Source: Eledone cirrhosa (lineage: Eukaryota). Taken from it: a stretch of DNA of 64,000 nt. The position numbers and the translations under genes are program-made. The notes below the pieces were generated by a model that did no database searches, was not told where the DNA came from, and worked only from the letters and a program-made list of their open reading frames with translations. This document shows, piece by piece, positions 62,837 to 64,000 of the stretch (positions within the stretch are counted from its first letter, which is position 1; each line of letters begins with the position of its first letter). The stretch covers positions 103,106,001-103,170,000 of the forward strand of contig OZ024742.1 in NCBI GenBank assembly GCA_964016885.1, read 5' to 3'.

Positions 62837-64000
62837 ACTAGCTGACGTACCCAGCTTCGCCCGGGTAAACAGATGATAGAGAAGACAGGTAAAAGAGAAA
62901 ATGACTGTATTGGATGTTTGTCTGGTTACAGTATGAGGCGAGTCCGTGTTGTCTGTGTGATACAAAAAAGAGTTAAAAAATCTTCCAGATATACCAGATT
63001 CTTCGTTGTACCGTTTGTGCATAGTGTATGAACAATTCTAGGTGCTCCCACCTAGAATAGTGACCTCTAGGAGAAGGTTCATCTTCTGCCTGACTGTAAA
63101 ACGTGTATCATTGCATAGATGTGGTTGTTCCACGTTTCTCAAAAGGATGATGGAAGTTCCAATCTTTTATATTATATGTAGATATAGATATAAATAATTA
63201 ATATAAAAGATGATGCTCAGCCAATTCGTCTTCAACCATCGCAGCATGCCGTCGCTGCTTGGCTCCAGTGTTTCGTTGGCGTTGTTCCGCCAGCTCCTCT
63301 TCATTCATGGCGGCTCGTCTTCGCCTCTGAAGTTCGGCGTTCCTATGGCGCTGTTTGGCCCGTTTTTCTTCATTCCTGGCTGCACGCCGTCGCCGCTGTA
63401 GTTCACTGTTTGATAAAGTCGAATTGCTTTTACTTTCTGTGGAACGCTGCACGCACGCACACATACATAAACATACGCGCACATACATACACACGCACAC
63501 ATGGCAATAGTTACAGCGTTCACTTTGCCTCTCTGTTTCTTACTCTCCCCTCTCACTCCCTCATTGGCATTATGCATATTAATTTAAATTTGGCGTCGTT
63601 GAGGTGGGCAGAGTCGTTTGAAACCTATGAACCAATGATAATCGAGAATTATGACACACGGAATACTGACATTGCTGAAATTAATATATAGACTAGCTTC
63701 GCCCGGGTAAACAGATGATAAGAGAAGACAGGTAAAAGAGAAAATGACTGTATTGGATGTTTGTCTGGTTACAGTATGAGACGAGTCTGTATTGTCTGTG
63801 TGATACAAAAAAGAGTTTAAAAAATCTTCCAGATTTACCAGATTCTTCGTTGTACCGTTTGTGCATAGTATATGAACAATTCTAGGTGCTCCCACCTAGA
63901 ATAGTGACCTCTAGGAAATGGTTCATCTTCTGCCTGACTGTAAAACGTGTATCATTGCATAGACGTGGTTGTTCCACGTTTCTCAAAAGGATGATGGAAG
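62837..64000 (-). mobile_element. Tandem, internally deleted Helitron copies, period about 840 bp
   Basis: Pif1-helicase peptide KIGTSIILLRNVEQPHLCNDTRFTV and NGTTKNLVY; 3' hairpin ACCCGGGCGAAGCTGGGT then CTAG|T; R/E-rich N-terminal-type repeats at 63198-63400; 62853-63160 repeated from 63695. Confidence 0.8.

Overview
AT-rich, microsatellite-dense eukaryotic DNA made almost entirely of transposable elements. The SINE and LINE complement looks like a cephalopod (Octopus-like) intron or intergenic region; this taxonomic call is an inference. No host exon could be supported. Main contents: (1) an apparently intact two-ORF Tx1/L1-clade LINE (16058-21877) in a tandem (ATCT)n-element-(ATCT)n-element-(ATCT)n array; (2) a 5'-truncated but uninterrupted R4/Dong-type RLE retrotransposon (33494-36556, minus) inside (CATA)n, plus three related relics that also abut (CATA)n; (3) a decayed RTE LINE with an internal PHD finger inside (TA)n; (4) CRE-clade relics; (5) Penelope relics and at least five hammerhead-ribozyme folds beside (TA)n arrays, two of them in a 420-470 bp retrozyme-like repeat; (6) hAT and mariner MITEs, a hAT transposase relic, a Transib/RAG1-like transposase relic and Helitron fragments; (7) dozens of tRNA-derived SINEs. 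The most interesting signal is that different retroelement clades appear to occupy different microsatellites. Most short ORFs in the track are translated microsatellites.
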